From: an uncultured Gemmatimonadales bacterium
Lineage (GTDB): Bacteria; Gemmatimonadota; Gemmatimonadetes; Longimicrobiales; RSA9
Direction of reading: 5' to 3'
Assembly (NCBI GenBank): GCA_963741945.1
Contig: CAVUKA010000006.1
Span: 64,001-128,000, forward strand
DNA: 64,000 bases
Shown: piece by piece, positions 29,468 through 38,040 of the stretch
Layout: each line of letters opens with the position of its first letter
Position numbering within the stretch: position 1 is the stretch's first letter
Notes under the pieces: model-generated
Databases searched by the model: none
What the model was told of the DNA's origin: nothing
What the model saw: only the letters and a program-made list of their open reading frames with translations
Program-made: the position numbers and the translations under genes

Positions 29468-29850
29468 CCCGTGTATTCTGGAGTGGAGGACCGATCATGT
29501 GGCCGCTGGCGGCGGTGGCGCTCGGCGTGACCCTCTGGGCGGTCCTCGGCGCGGCGGGGCTCTTCCGTGAGCGCGCCGCGGGTGTGGAGGGGGCCCGACG
29601 GAAGCGCGGAGCGCTCCTGTTCTGGGGCGCCATGGCCATCGTTCTGGGCGCCCTCGGCACGCTCGTCGGCCTGATCGACATGGCGCAGGCCGTCCAGCGC
29701 GCCGGCGCGGTGAGTGAGGCGCTGGTCTGGGGCGGCGTCTCCGTGGCGCTCATCAGCCTGGCCTTCGGCCTCCTGATCTTCCTCCTCGCCGGGACGTTCT
29801 GGGTGCTCCTCAGCGCCGGAATCCGATGGGCCGAGCGCCAGGCCGCCTGA
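29464..29850 (+). CDS. Small MotA/TolQ/ExbB-like membrane protein
   Basis: GGPIMWPL start, LGALGTLVGLI and GGVSVALISLAFGL; ATG overlaps the upstream stop, RBS GGGAGG. Confidence 0.7.
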   Translation: MTRVFWSGGPIMWPLAAVALGVTLWAVLGAAGLFRERAAGVEGARRKRGALLFWGAMAIVLGALGTLVGLIDMAQAVQRAGAVSEALVWGGVSVALISLAFGLLIFLLAGTFWVLLSAGIRWAERQAA

Positions 29851-29870
29851 TCCGGCGCCGCCGGATCCGG

Positions 29871-30725
29871 TCAGCGATTGACGGTGATGTGGAAGACCGG
29901 CTGGAGCCGCTCCAGCGTCACCAGCACCTCGCCGCGCGACTGCGCCTGCCGCATCGCGTCGGCGAGGACCGCTTCCAGCTCCCGTGACTTCCGCGCCGCG
30001 ACGCGTTCCAGCGTGCGACGCGCCACGGCCTCCAGCCACGGGCGGGCCGGCCGTGGCGCGTCCTCGATCGCGTCGGCCACGGGGCCGGGCAGCTCCAGCG
30101 GCGCCGCGTACCCCGAGTACGCCACGTCCACCGTGGTCCCGTATTCGTGGGCGCTCGCGCCGGCCGCCGCGTTCACGTTCGTCCGCCGCAGCGCCGCCTG
30201 GTCCGCCGCGGTTCGCAGCGCGCTCGTGATCTCCATCCGGTACGGCGGCAGCCCCATCTCCCGCAGGCGACGCTGGAACCCCCCTCCGATCCGCTCCAGC
30301 AGCGACTTCGCGGCCGGCGTGACGTACGGGCGCGAGGACTCCAGATCCCGGACCACCCAGAGCCCCCCGTCCTCGAGCTTCACCAGCCGCCCGGCCCCCA
30401 CCAGCTGCTCGAGCTCCGCTTCGTCGCGCGCGCGGACGCCGAGCCGCCGCGCGCGCGCCAGGTTGTCCGCGTTCGAGTAGCGCCGCAGCGCCGCCTTCTG
30501 CGCCGGCCGCAGGAGCTCCACGGGCTGGAGCCGCTCGCGAATGCTGTCCGCCAGCGTTCCCGACCGCTTCACCACCGTCTCGAGCGCCGCCTGCATCCGG
30601 CTGCCCGTCGTGTCGGCGGCGGCGGTGTCCGGCGCCTCGCCCGCGCGAGACGCGCCGCTCCCTCCTCCACCACACGCCGCCAGCAGCGCCGTCGCGAGCC
30701 ACCCTGCCCGCCTGACTGCTGTCAT
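29871..30725 (-). CDS. DUF5715-like lipoprotein (D-Ala-D-Ala peptidase/LAS-type zinc motifs)
   Basis: Lipobox LLAAC; ITSALRT, SAHEYGTTVD, E..QPVFHITV. Confidence 0.75.
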   Translation of the reverse strand: MTAVRRAGWLATALLAACGGGGSGASRAGEAPDTAAADTTGSRMQAALETVVKRSGTLADSIRERLQPVELLRPAQKAALRRYSNADNLARARRLGVRARDEAELEQLVGAGRLVKLEDGGLWVVRDLESSRPYVTPAAKSLLERIGGGFQRRLREMGLPPYRMEITSALRTAADQAALRRTNVNAAAGASAHEYGTTVDVAYSGYAAPLELPGPVADAIEDAPRPARPWLEAVARRTLERVAARKSRELEAVLADAMRQAQSRGEVLVTLERLQPVFHITVNR

Positions 30726-30867
30726 CCCTTTCTCCTCCTCCCACTCCCGCTCCCCGTCAAGGGTCGACGGTCAGCGTCAACGGCTCACGGTTGACCTTTG
30801 CCGCCATCCGGTTAACGGTTCCCGAGCAACGCTCGTCGGTTTCCGGTTCCCCCGAGCCGCTCGTGCC

Positions 30868-33780
30868 ATGCCCCGGATCCTGCTCGCCATCGTGGCCGCC
30901 ACGGCCGCCGTCGCACTGACCACCCCCGCCCCCGCGGCCGCGCAGGCGTCGCCGTTCGAGCCCGGACCGTGGCAGCGGGTGGACACACGGCACTTCACGT
31001 TCCTGTTCCCCGACGACCTGGCCGACTGGACGCTCCCCATGGCACGGCGCATGGAATCCGTGCACGACGCCGTGGAGGCGTTCGTCGGTCACGCCCCCGA
31101 ATCGCGCACCACCGTGCTGGTGGACGATCCCGGGAATGTCTCCAACGGCTCCATGGTGCCGGGTCCCCTCCTCTTCCTCTGGCCCACGCCCCCGGGCCCG
31201 CGCTCCGTCATCGGCGAGAACCGGGGCTGGAGCGAGATCCTGGCCGTGCACGAGTTCACGCACGCGGCGCACCTCACCCGCCGGTCCCGCAACCCGGTGA
31301 CACGGGCGCTCTGGAGCCTGATCCCGATCCCGGTCACGCGGTTCATGGCCACCACGCCCCGCTGGGTCACGGAGGGGTACGCCACGTACGTGGAGGGGAA
31401 GCTGACGGGGAGCGGTCGGCCGCATGGCGCCTGGCGCGCGGCCGTGCTCCGCACGTGGGCCCTCGACGGGGAACTCCCCTCCTACCGCGCCATGAGCGGG
31501 ACGGGCGGGTACTGGGGCGGCTCCATGGCCTACCTCGTCGGCTCCGCGTACCTGCAATGGCTCGTGCAGCGGGAAGCCCGGGGCGAGCAGGTGCTTCCGG
31601 ACCTCTGGGCTCGCCTGAGCGCGCGCCAGGTGCGCGGCTTCGGTGACGCCTTCGGCGGCGTGTTCGGCGCCCTGCCGGAAGAGCTCTACGGCCATTTCAA
31701 GGTGGCCGTCACCGGGGACGCCCTCGCCGTTCGCGCCGCCGTGGAGGCCGCCGGCGGTCCCGTGCAGGGACGCCTCTTCCAGCGCCTGGACGGCTCCACC
31801 GGTGACCCCGCCGTCTCCCCCGACGGGCGGCACATGGCCGTCGTGCTCCGCCCCGAGAGCGAGCCCTCGCGGTTGGTGGTCATCTCCACCACCCCCGACA
31901 CCCTCACCGTGGAAGAACGGGAAGCGCGCGAGCACGTGTTCGAGCGCGATCCCCAGGACGTTCGCCCCGTGGAAGGCTACCCGCGCGCCCAAGAGCCCGT
32001 CGCCACGCTCCGGCCGGCATTCGGACAGGAGTACCACGCCCCGGCGTGGCTCCCGGACGGCAGCGGAATCCTGGTCGTGCGCAGCGACATGACCGGGAAC
32101 GGGCGGATGCGCCCCGGCCTCTTCCTGTGGCGGTGGGAGACCGGCGGAGTGCGGCGCCTCACCCGCGGCGCGGCGATCCGCCATGCCGACCCGGCACCCG
32201 GCGGCACCTGGGCCGTGGCCCTCCGATGCCTCCACGGACAGTGCGACATCGTTCGCGTCGACCTGGAGTCGGGCGACGTGGCCACGCTGGCCGCGGGCGG
32301 ACCCATGACCCCGTTCGACCATCCCCGCGTCTCGCCGGACGGCCGCACCATCGTGGCGAGCGAGCAGGACGGTGCCGGCTGGCACCTCGTCGCCCTGGAC
32401 GCCGACGGCGGACGTCTCCGCCGCATCGGACCCGACGACGGGGCAAGCCGCTTCGACGCCGGGTTCCTCCCCGACGGCCGGCTGGTGCTCACATCGGACC
32501 GGGGCGGGATCCACAACCTGGAAATCCTCGATCTCGCGACGGGCGAGGCGCATCCCCTGACACGCGTCCTGGGCGCGGCCGTGGCGCCCGCGCCCACGCC
32601 CGACGGCGATGTCTTCTTCCTTGCCCTCCACAGCCGCGGCTGGGACATCCGCCGGATCGCCCTGGATTCCGCGCCGGCCGGCCCCGCCCTCGTCCTCCCT
32701 CCGGCCTACGCGCCGGCGATCCCCGAGCCGCGCGAGCCAGGCGACACGTTCGCGCCGGGGCCCATCGGCCCCGTCCGCCCCTACGGCCTGGGCCCTCGAT
32801 TCCACGCGCTCCTTCCCATGACGAGCCTGGCCGTCGATGGACTCGCCGGCGGCCTCGCCCTCGGCGGAACCGACCCCATCGGCCGGCTCTCGTGGCAGCT
32901 CCAGGGGATGTACGGCTCCGACGACGCCTGGAAGGGCGCTTCCCTCCGGCTCTTCTGGCGAGGAACCCGCCCCTGGCTCCACCTCTCCGGCTTCTGGGCG
33001 GACCAGCTGCGGCGGGAGGACCCGCTCATCCCGCCGCTCCCCCTGGGCGCCGATTCCCTCTTCCCTCTCACCGACCCCGTCGGGATCCGGCTCCGGGGCG
33101 CGCTCGCCGCCCTCGAGCTCCAGGGCGAAGGGCTGGCGCACCACAGCGAGCTGCGTGTCGGCGGCTCGGCCGCCGCCGTGGATGCGGCCGGCCTCGACGG
33201 CGCCGGCCGGTACCTCGGCTTCGGCGAATACGGCCTGACGCTGCGGCAGCGCCCGTTCGGCTGGGGCTTCGATGAGACAGTCCTGCTGCACGGATCCATC
33301 GGGCGTACGGGATCCCTGGACTGGCGACGCTGGGTCGCCGGCGGTGAGCTCGCCCTTGCCGGCGACGACGCCCGCCTCGCCCTCGCCGGCACCCTCGGGC
33401 ACACCGACGCCCCCCTCGCTTCCCCGGAAGCGTTCCAGCTGGGGGGATCGCCCCCCCTCCTCTTCGACCCCGCGCTCCTCTCCCAGCGCCTGACCATGCC
33501 CGCGCTGCCCGTCGGCTTCCTGCGCGGCCGCGACGTGCGGATCGTGCGCGCGGAGCTCAGTGGCGCGCTCCCGTTCACCGCGTTCTACTGGGCCGGTGAT
33601 GCCGGCGACGATGGCCTCGGCTGGTACTACGTGGCGGGCGGCGATGTGGCGGGGAGGACACCGGCCATGCCGTTCCTCAGGCTCCCTTCGGCCGAGATCC
33701 GGGCCGGGGTGGCCCGGACGCTCTCCTCCCCGGAGCGGGGGGAGTGGCGCGGCTGGCTCGTGCTCGGATTCCGTCCCTGA
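30868..33780 (+). CDS. Secreted/outer-membrane protein: HExxH metallopeptidase-like domain, TolB/PD40 propeller, probable C-terminal beta-barrel
   Basis: Signal peptide ending PAAAQA; HEFTH...WVTEGYA; PAVSPDG, PAWLPDG, PRVSPDG repeats; beta-strand-like C-terminus ending WLVLGFRP. Confidence 0.75.
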   Translation: MPRILLAIVAATAAVALTTPAPAAAQASPFEPGPWQRVDTRHFTFLFPDDLADWTLPMARRMESVHDAVEAFVGHAPESRTTVLVDDPGNVSNGSMVPGPLLFLWPTPPGPRSVIGENRGWSEILAVHEFTHAAHLTRRSRNPVTRALWSLIPIPVTRFMATTPRWVTEGYATYVEGKLTGSGRPHGAWRAAVLRTWALDGELPSYRAMSGTGGYWGGSMAYLVGSAYLQWLVQREARGEQVLPDLWARLSARQVRGFGDAFGGVFGALPEELYGHFKVAVTGDALAVRAAVEAAGGPVQGRLFQRLDGSTGDPAVSPDGRHMAVVLRPESEPSRLVVISTTPDTLTVEEREAREHVFERDPQDVRPVEGYPRAQEPVATLRPAFGQEYHAPAWLPDGSGILVVRSDMTGNGRMRPGLFLWRWETGGVRRLTRGAAIRHADPAPGGTWAVALRCLHGQCDIVRVDLESGDVATLAAGGPMTPFDHPRVSPDGRTIVASEQDGAGWHLVALDADGGRLRRIGPDDGASRFDAGFLPDGRLVLTSDRGGIHNLEILDLATGEAHPLTRVLGAAVAPAPTPDGDVFFLALHSRGWDIRRIALDSAPAGPALVLPPAYAPAIPEPREPGDTFAPGPIGPVRPYGLGPRFHALLPMTSLAVDGLAGGLALGGTDPIGRLSWQLQGMYGSDDAWKGASLRLFWRGTRPWLHLSGFWADQLRREDPLIPPLPLGADSLFPLTDPVGIRLRGALAALELQGEGLAHHSELRVGGSAAAVDAAGLDGAGRYLGFGEYGLTLRQRPFGWGFDETVLLHGSIGRTGSLDWRRWVAGGELALAGDDARLALAGTLGHTDAPLASPEAFQLGGSPPLLFDPALLSQRLTMPALPVGFLRGRDVRIVRAELSGALPFTAFYWAGDAGDDGLGWYYVAGGDVAGRTPAMPFLRLPSAEIRAGVARTLSSPERGEWRGWLVLGFRP

Positions 33781-33821
33781 GGCGCCGGCCGGCGTGGCAC
33801 GGCCACCACATGGACGACGAA

Positions 33822-33854
33822 GGCGCGGCCCCGGATGCGCTCCGGGGCCGCGCC
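33822..33854. terminator. Terminator-like hairpin between convergent genes
   Basis: Perfect 14-bp stem GGCGCGGCCCCGGA-tgcgc-TCCGGGGCCGCGCC; weak U-tail (TTCGTCG) on the minus strand. Confidence 0.65.
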
Positions 33855-33885
33855 AACCACCATCAGCGCTCCTGCTCTGTCACGC

Positions 33886-34965
33886 TCAGTTCGCCGCCAG
33901 CCAGTTGCTCGTGGCGGTGAGCAGGTCCTCCACCCAGTGCGGGTTGTGGACACCCAGGCTGCGGTCCTCCACCACCATGTTGTAGTTCAGGTACGCTTTC
34001 ACCAGGTCCGTGCTGTACGTGCCCGGGATCGGCTCATCCTCGGCGTCCAGGACCCCATGCGCCTGGAGCTGTCCGGCCACCGTCGCCAGCATCCCCGCGA
34101 TCTTCGGCTGCAGCCCGAACTCGCCCGTGGGCGTGCCCGAGTGACAGGCGTTGCACCGGCCATCGTTGATGACGTTGCCGTTGTCCAGCGCCACACGCCA
34201 CGTGTGGCCGCCCGCCTCCTGCCCCACCGCATCCTGCATGTGGCAGCCCACGCAGCCGAACTGCGTGTGGGCTTCGAACTGGATTGTCCCCGGCATCGTC
34301 ACGCCCGGCAGCGCGAAAGCACCCATCCCCGCCATCACGTTCGCCTGTGGTCCGTGATGCACGCCGAAATGCACGCTCGTGATCCGGAACGTCTCGCCCG
34401 AGAGATCGCCCGGGTCGCGCGCCTGATGGCAGTGCGCGCACAGGTTCGCGCCCGGATACGCCAGGCTGTCCAGCGCCGCGGCGGGATCGCCGAGATCGTT
34501 CATGGCGAACGTGCCGCCCAGGAGCAGGTCCACCGGCTCCGCCGTGGTGAACGACCAGTCCTGGTCCGTGTACGTCTCGTGGATGTTGTGGCACGTCCGG
34601 CAGTTGATCCGCGTCAGCAGATGGATCTCGTCGCCCGCCAGTGTGTCGGGGGTCGCCGCGTTCGCGGCCACGAACCCGTTGTGCGTGTGGCACGTGTTGC
34701 ACGGGGCGTCATACCGCTGCCACGTGTCACCCTCGCCATGCGCCGACGTGTTGTACTGCGCTTCCCGCGCCACGATGGTCACGTCCGACGTGTGACAGTC
34801 CGAGCACGTGTTCAGCGCGTTCTGCCCCGCCGGGCCGACCGGTCCCTCTGGACCCTGCGGTCCCTGTGGCCCGGCCGGACCCGCCGGGCCGTCCGGGCCC
34901 TCGCACGCCGCAGCCCCGAGGACGAGGAGCACCGATCCGAGAAGAAGGGGAAGTCTCTGCCGCAT
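33886..34965 (-). CDS. Lipoprotein hexaheme cytochrome c with collagen-like stalk (paralog B)
   Basis: Lipobox LGAAAC, 9 Gly-X-Y triplets, six CxxCH (CSDCH, CNTCH, CRTCH, CAHCH, CVGCH, CNACH), EDRSLGVHNP. Confidence 0.92.
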   Translation of the reverse strand: MRQRLPLLLGSVLLVLGAAACEGPDGPAGPAGPQGPQGPEGPVGPAGQNALNTCSDCHTSDVTIVAREAQYNTSAHGEGDTWQRYDAPCNTCHTHNGFVAANAATPDTLAGDEIHLLTRINCRTCHNIHETYTDQDWSFTTAEPVDLLLGGTFAMNDLGDPAAALDSLAYPGANLCAHCHQARDPGDLSGETFRITSVHFGVHHGPQANVMAGMGAFALPGVTMPGTIQFEAHTQFGCVGCHMQDAVGQEAGGHTWRVALDNGNVINDGRCNACHSGTPTGEFGLQPKIAGMLATVAGQLQAHGVLDAEDEPIPGTYSTDLVKAYLNYNMVVEDRSLGVHNPHWVEDLLTATSNWLAAN

Positions 34966-35072
34966 GGGTTCCATGTCCTTTCGCTGGTGGGTTGGCGCCG
35001 GGTCCGATCGCCCGCTTCGTGCACGCAGAGGCCGGGCCGCCACACCACACAGACTTTTCCCGGAAGCGACGA

Positions 35073-35100
35073 AGCGCCGCACCCCGAGGGGTGCGGCGCT
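35073..35100 (-). terminator. Terminator-like hairpin downstream of cytochrome paralog A
   Basis: Perfect 12-bp stem AGCGCCGCACCC-cgag-GGGTGCGGCGCT followed by TCGTCGCTT on the minus strand. Confidence 0.65.
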
Positions 35101-35129
35101 CCGCTCCGACGTTCAGGTCCTGAGACCCG

Positions 35130-36203
35130 TCAGTTCGCGTTCAGCCAGTTCAGCGTGGCCGTCAGCACGTCCTCGGCCCAGTGCGGGTTGTGAACACCCA
35201 GGCTCCGGTCCTCGAGAATCATGTCGTAGTTCAGGAACGCCTTCACCAGCGCCGTGGGATACGTCCCCGGCACAGGCGAACCGTTCGCGACGATCCCCTT
35301 CGCCACGAGCTTCGCCTCGACCGCGTCCAGCTTCGTCTGGATCTTCGGCATGAACCCGAACTCGCCCGTGGGCGTGCCCGAGTGACAGCCGTTGCAACGG
35401 CCATCGTTCATGACGTCGCCGTTGTCCAGCGCGACACGCCACGTGTGGCCGCCCGCTTCCTGCCCCACCGCGTCCTGCATGTGGCAGCCAACGCACCCGA
35501 ACGCCGTGTGGCCGTCGAAGTCCGTCTGGGCCGGCATCGGCGCGCCCGGCAGGTCGTACGCACCCTTACCCGCGAGCACGTTCGCCTGTGGCCCGTGATG
35601 CATCCCGAAATGCGTGCTCGTAACCCGGAACGTCTCGCCCGAGAGATCGCCCGGATCACGCGCCTGGTGACAGTGCGCGCACAGGTTCGCGCCGGCGAAG
35701 TTCTCCACCGCCGGGTTCGGCTGCGAGTTCAGCGCCGTGATGTCGAACGTGCCGCCCACCAGCAGGTTCACCGGCTCCGTCGTGGTCAGCGCCCAGTCCG
35801 CATCCGTGTACGTCTCGTGCACGTTGTGGCAGGTCCGGCAGTTGATCCGCGTCAGCAGATGGATCTCGTCGCCCTGCAGCGTGTCCGGGCTCGCCGCGTT
35901 CGCGGCCACGAACCCGTTGTGCGTATGGCACGTGTTGCACGGGGCGTCATACCGCTCCCACGTGTCACCCTCGCCATGCGCCGACGTGTTGTACTGCGCT
36001 TCCCGCGCCACGATCGTCACGTCCGACGTGTGACAGTCCGAGCACGTGTTCAGCGCGTCCTGCCCCGCCGGTCCGGTCGGTCCCTGCGGCCCCGCCGGCC
36101 CCTGAGTTCCCGCCGACCCCGCAGGTCCGGCAGGCCCCTCACAAGCCGCCATGCCCAGAGCCATGAACATGGCTCCAAGCAGGAGAGGTAGCTTTTTCCT
36201 CAT
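35130..36203 (-). CDS. Lipoprotein hexaheme cytochrome c with collagen-like stalk (paralog A)
   Basis: Lipobox LGMAAC, 9 Gly-X-Y triplets, six CxxCH (CSDCH, CNTCH, CRTCH, CAHCH, CVGCH, CNGCH); RBS GGGAGG. Confidence 0.92.
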   Translation of the reverse strand: MRKKLPLLLGAMFMALGMAACEGPAGPAGSAGTQGPAGPQGPTGPAGQDALNTCSDCHTSDVTIVAREAQYNTSAHGEGDTWERYDAPCNTCHTHNGFVAANAASPDTLQGDEIHLLTRINCRTCHNVHETYTDADWALTTTEPVNLLVGGTFDITALNSQPNPAVENFAGANLCAHCHQARDPGDLSGETFRVTSTHFGMHHGPQANVLAGKGAYDLPGAPMPAQTDFDGHTAFGCVGCHMQDAVGQEAGGHTWRVALDNGDVMNDGRCNGCHSGTPTGEFGFMPKIQTKLDAVEAKLVAKGIVANGSPVPGTYPTALVKAFLNYDMILEDRSLGVHNPHWAEDVLTATLNWLNAN

Positions 36204-36564
36204 GGATCTCGCCTCCCATATCGGGTAGTCGAAGAAATGATGCTGAGTCCTTCACCTTCCCTGCCCCCCTGCCGTGGCCCGCTCCGCATCCATTCCTTCG
36301 CTTCCCGAAGGGTAGGAGGCACGGACCCCCTCCGTCGCTAAGCGGCGGCGTGCACACACCCCAGGGCTCAGGGACGCTGTACAAGATCGACCTCCGTATC
36401 CCACCACGCTATCCGGAAACCCGTGGAAACTGCCTTAGTAGCTTTCCCTACACCCACGCAGCCATCCACCGTGGGGCGTTCCCCCATCCCCGCCCGCGGC
36501 GACGGCACGGCACGACCGCTCCGGATAGCGGAACAGACGGACGCTCGCCCGCGCCGGAGTCGCC

Positions 36565-37269
36565 TCAGAAGGGGGTCCAGGCCAGGCCCGCCAGCACCAT
36601 GACATCGTGCTGCTGCTTGCCCCAGTAGTGGCTGATGGCGTCGCGAACGAGCAGGTCGGCGCTCACGCCCAGGAACCGGAACGTGGCGCCGGCGCCCAGG
36701 TTGGCCATGAGCACGGTGCCCTTCTGGGGGAGTACGATCTGCGCCTCGTACGGGGCGATCTCGCCGTTGTCGAACGCGTAGCGCTTGCCGCCCACGCCGG
36801 CAGTGACGTAGGGCTGGATGCCGAAGGGGAGGCGGAACGCGGTGGGGAGGCCCACATCGAAGCTGCCCATGGTGAGGGTGGTGGGCACGCGGTAATTGAA
36901 CCGGTCGACGCGGGCGGGCCCGGCCAGGCTCGCGGGGACGAGGACGGCATAGGTGACGGAGGTCTCGGCGCCGAGTGTGGTCAGCACCTCGCCGCGCAGC
37001 CAGAGGCCGCTGCCCCGGGGCTCGACCTCGGCCGTGAGGCCGACGAGGGGAGCGCGCAGGATCGCCGCCTCGGTCCATTCGAGGGGATCGACGCCGAAGT
37101 GTCGGAACTCCTCGTAGAACCAGTCGGCGGGGGTCAGGACGCCGGCGCGAGGGGTCAGGCGAACATCGAGGGGGTGCTGCGCCGCCGCGCTGCCGGGCAT
37201 GAGCAGGGCGAGCGCGGTCAGCACCGCCAGGACCGGGGCTGGACCGGATCGCGAGGGTTCGTGGGCCAC
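36565..37269 (-). CDS. Putative small outer-membrane beta-barrel protein
   Basis: Signal peptide (GSAAAQ), QPYVTAGVGG and NLGAGATF strands, terminal Phe (GLAWTPF); GTG start after GGAGG. Confidence 0.65.
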   Translation of the reverse strand: MAHEPSRSGPAPVLAVLTALALLMPGSAAAQHPLDVRLTPRAGVLTPADWFYEEFRHFGVDPLEWTEAAILRAPLVGLTAEVEPRGSGLWLRGEVLTTLGAETSVTYAVLVPASLAGPARVDRFNYRVPTTLTMGSFDVGLPTAFRLPFGIQPYVTAGVGGKRYAFDNGEIAPYEAQIVLPQKGTVLMANLGAGATFRFLGVSADLLVRDAISHYWGKQQHDVMVLAGLAWTPF

Positions 37270-37555
37270 GCTGCGTCCTCCGATTGTGGAGCGATCAGGG
37301 CCGGGCGCCTGGCGACGGGCCCGGACCGACGCACAACAATGTCCGAGCGCGGCTCCCACTACAAGTCGTGCGAGCGAGAGCGCGGGTGTTTCCCTACGCG
37401 CTGGCCGGGTTCTCCCCATGGTCTGGGCGGCCCTCTTCCGGGTTCTGCCCTATCCACTGCGGGCGGGAGTGGTGATAGTATCCGGAGTCGCGACGCCCCG
37501 CCGCGCTCGGCGGGGGCCGCTCTGGGGCGAGCGGGACGGAGAACCGGGAGGACGG

Positions 37556-37978
37556 ATGATCGAGGCGAGGGGCGTGAACCACATCGGCATCGCGGTGCGT
37601 TCGCTGGACGACCAGCGGCCGTATTACGAGACGGTGCTGGGCGCGACGTACGAGGGGACGGAAGAGGTCGCGAGCCAGCAGGTGCGGGTGGCGTTCTATC
37701 GTCTGGGCCCGGCGGAGTCGCCGGTGCGGATCGAGCTGCTGGAGCCGGTGTCGCCGGAGTCCCCCGTCGCCCGCTTCCTGGAGAAGCGGGGGGAGGGTGT
37801 GCATCACGTGGCGTACACGGTGGACGGTCTGGAGTCCCGTCTCTCGGCACTGGCGGACGCGGGCGTCCGTCTCATCGATGAGGCGCCGCGCCCGGGGGCG
37901 CACGGCAACCGGATCGCGTTCCTCCATCCGAAGAGCACGGGCGGCGTCCTGACCGAGCTCTGCGAGCCCGAGTCCTGA
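37556..37978 (+). CDS. mce: Methylmalonyl-CoA epimerase
   Basis: NHIGIAV, IELLEP, GEGVHHVAY, FLHPKSTGGVLTEL. Confidence 0.95.
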   Translation: MIEARGVNHIGIAVRSLDDQRPYYETVLGATYEGTEEVASQQVRVAFYRLGPAESPVRIELLEPVSPESPVARFLEKRGEGVHHVAYTVDGLESRLSALADAGVRLIDEAPRPGAHGNRIAFLHPKSTGGVLTELCEPES

Positions 37979-38040
37979 CTCCCGCACCGCGAGCTCAGCG
38001 CCAAGGCACCGGCCCGGATCCCAGGAGAGCATAGCCAGCG

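Noticed and set aside
30757-33402. 881-aa minus-strand ORF
   Set aside because: Shadow of the peptidase/propeller gene; no recognisable domain.
33886-36203. Cytochrome duplication as a DGR template/variable repeat, or as NrfA nitrite reductase
   Set aside because: No reverse transcriptase in the window, differences are not adenine-specific and both copies are full genes; no CxxCK catalytic heme motif.
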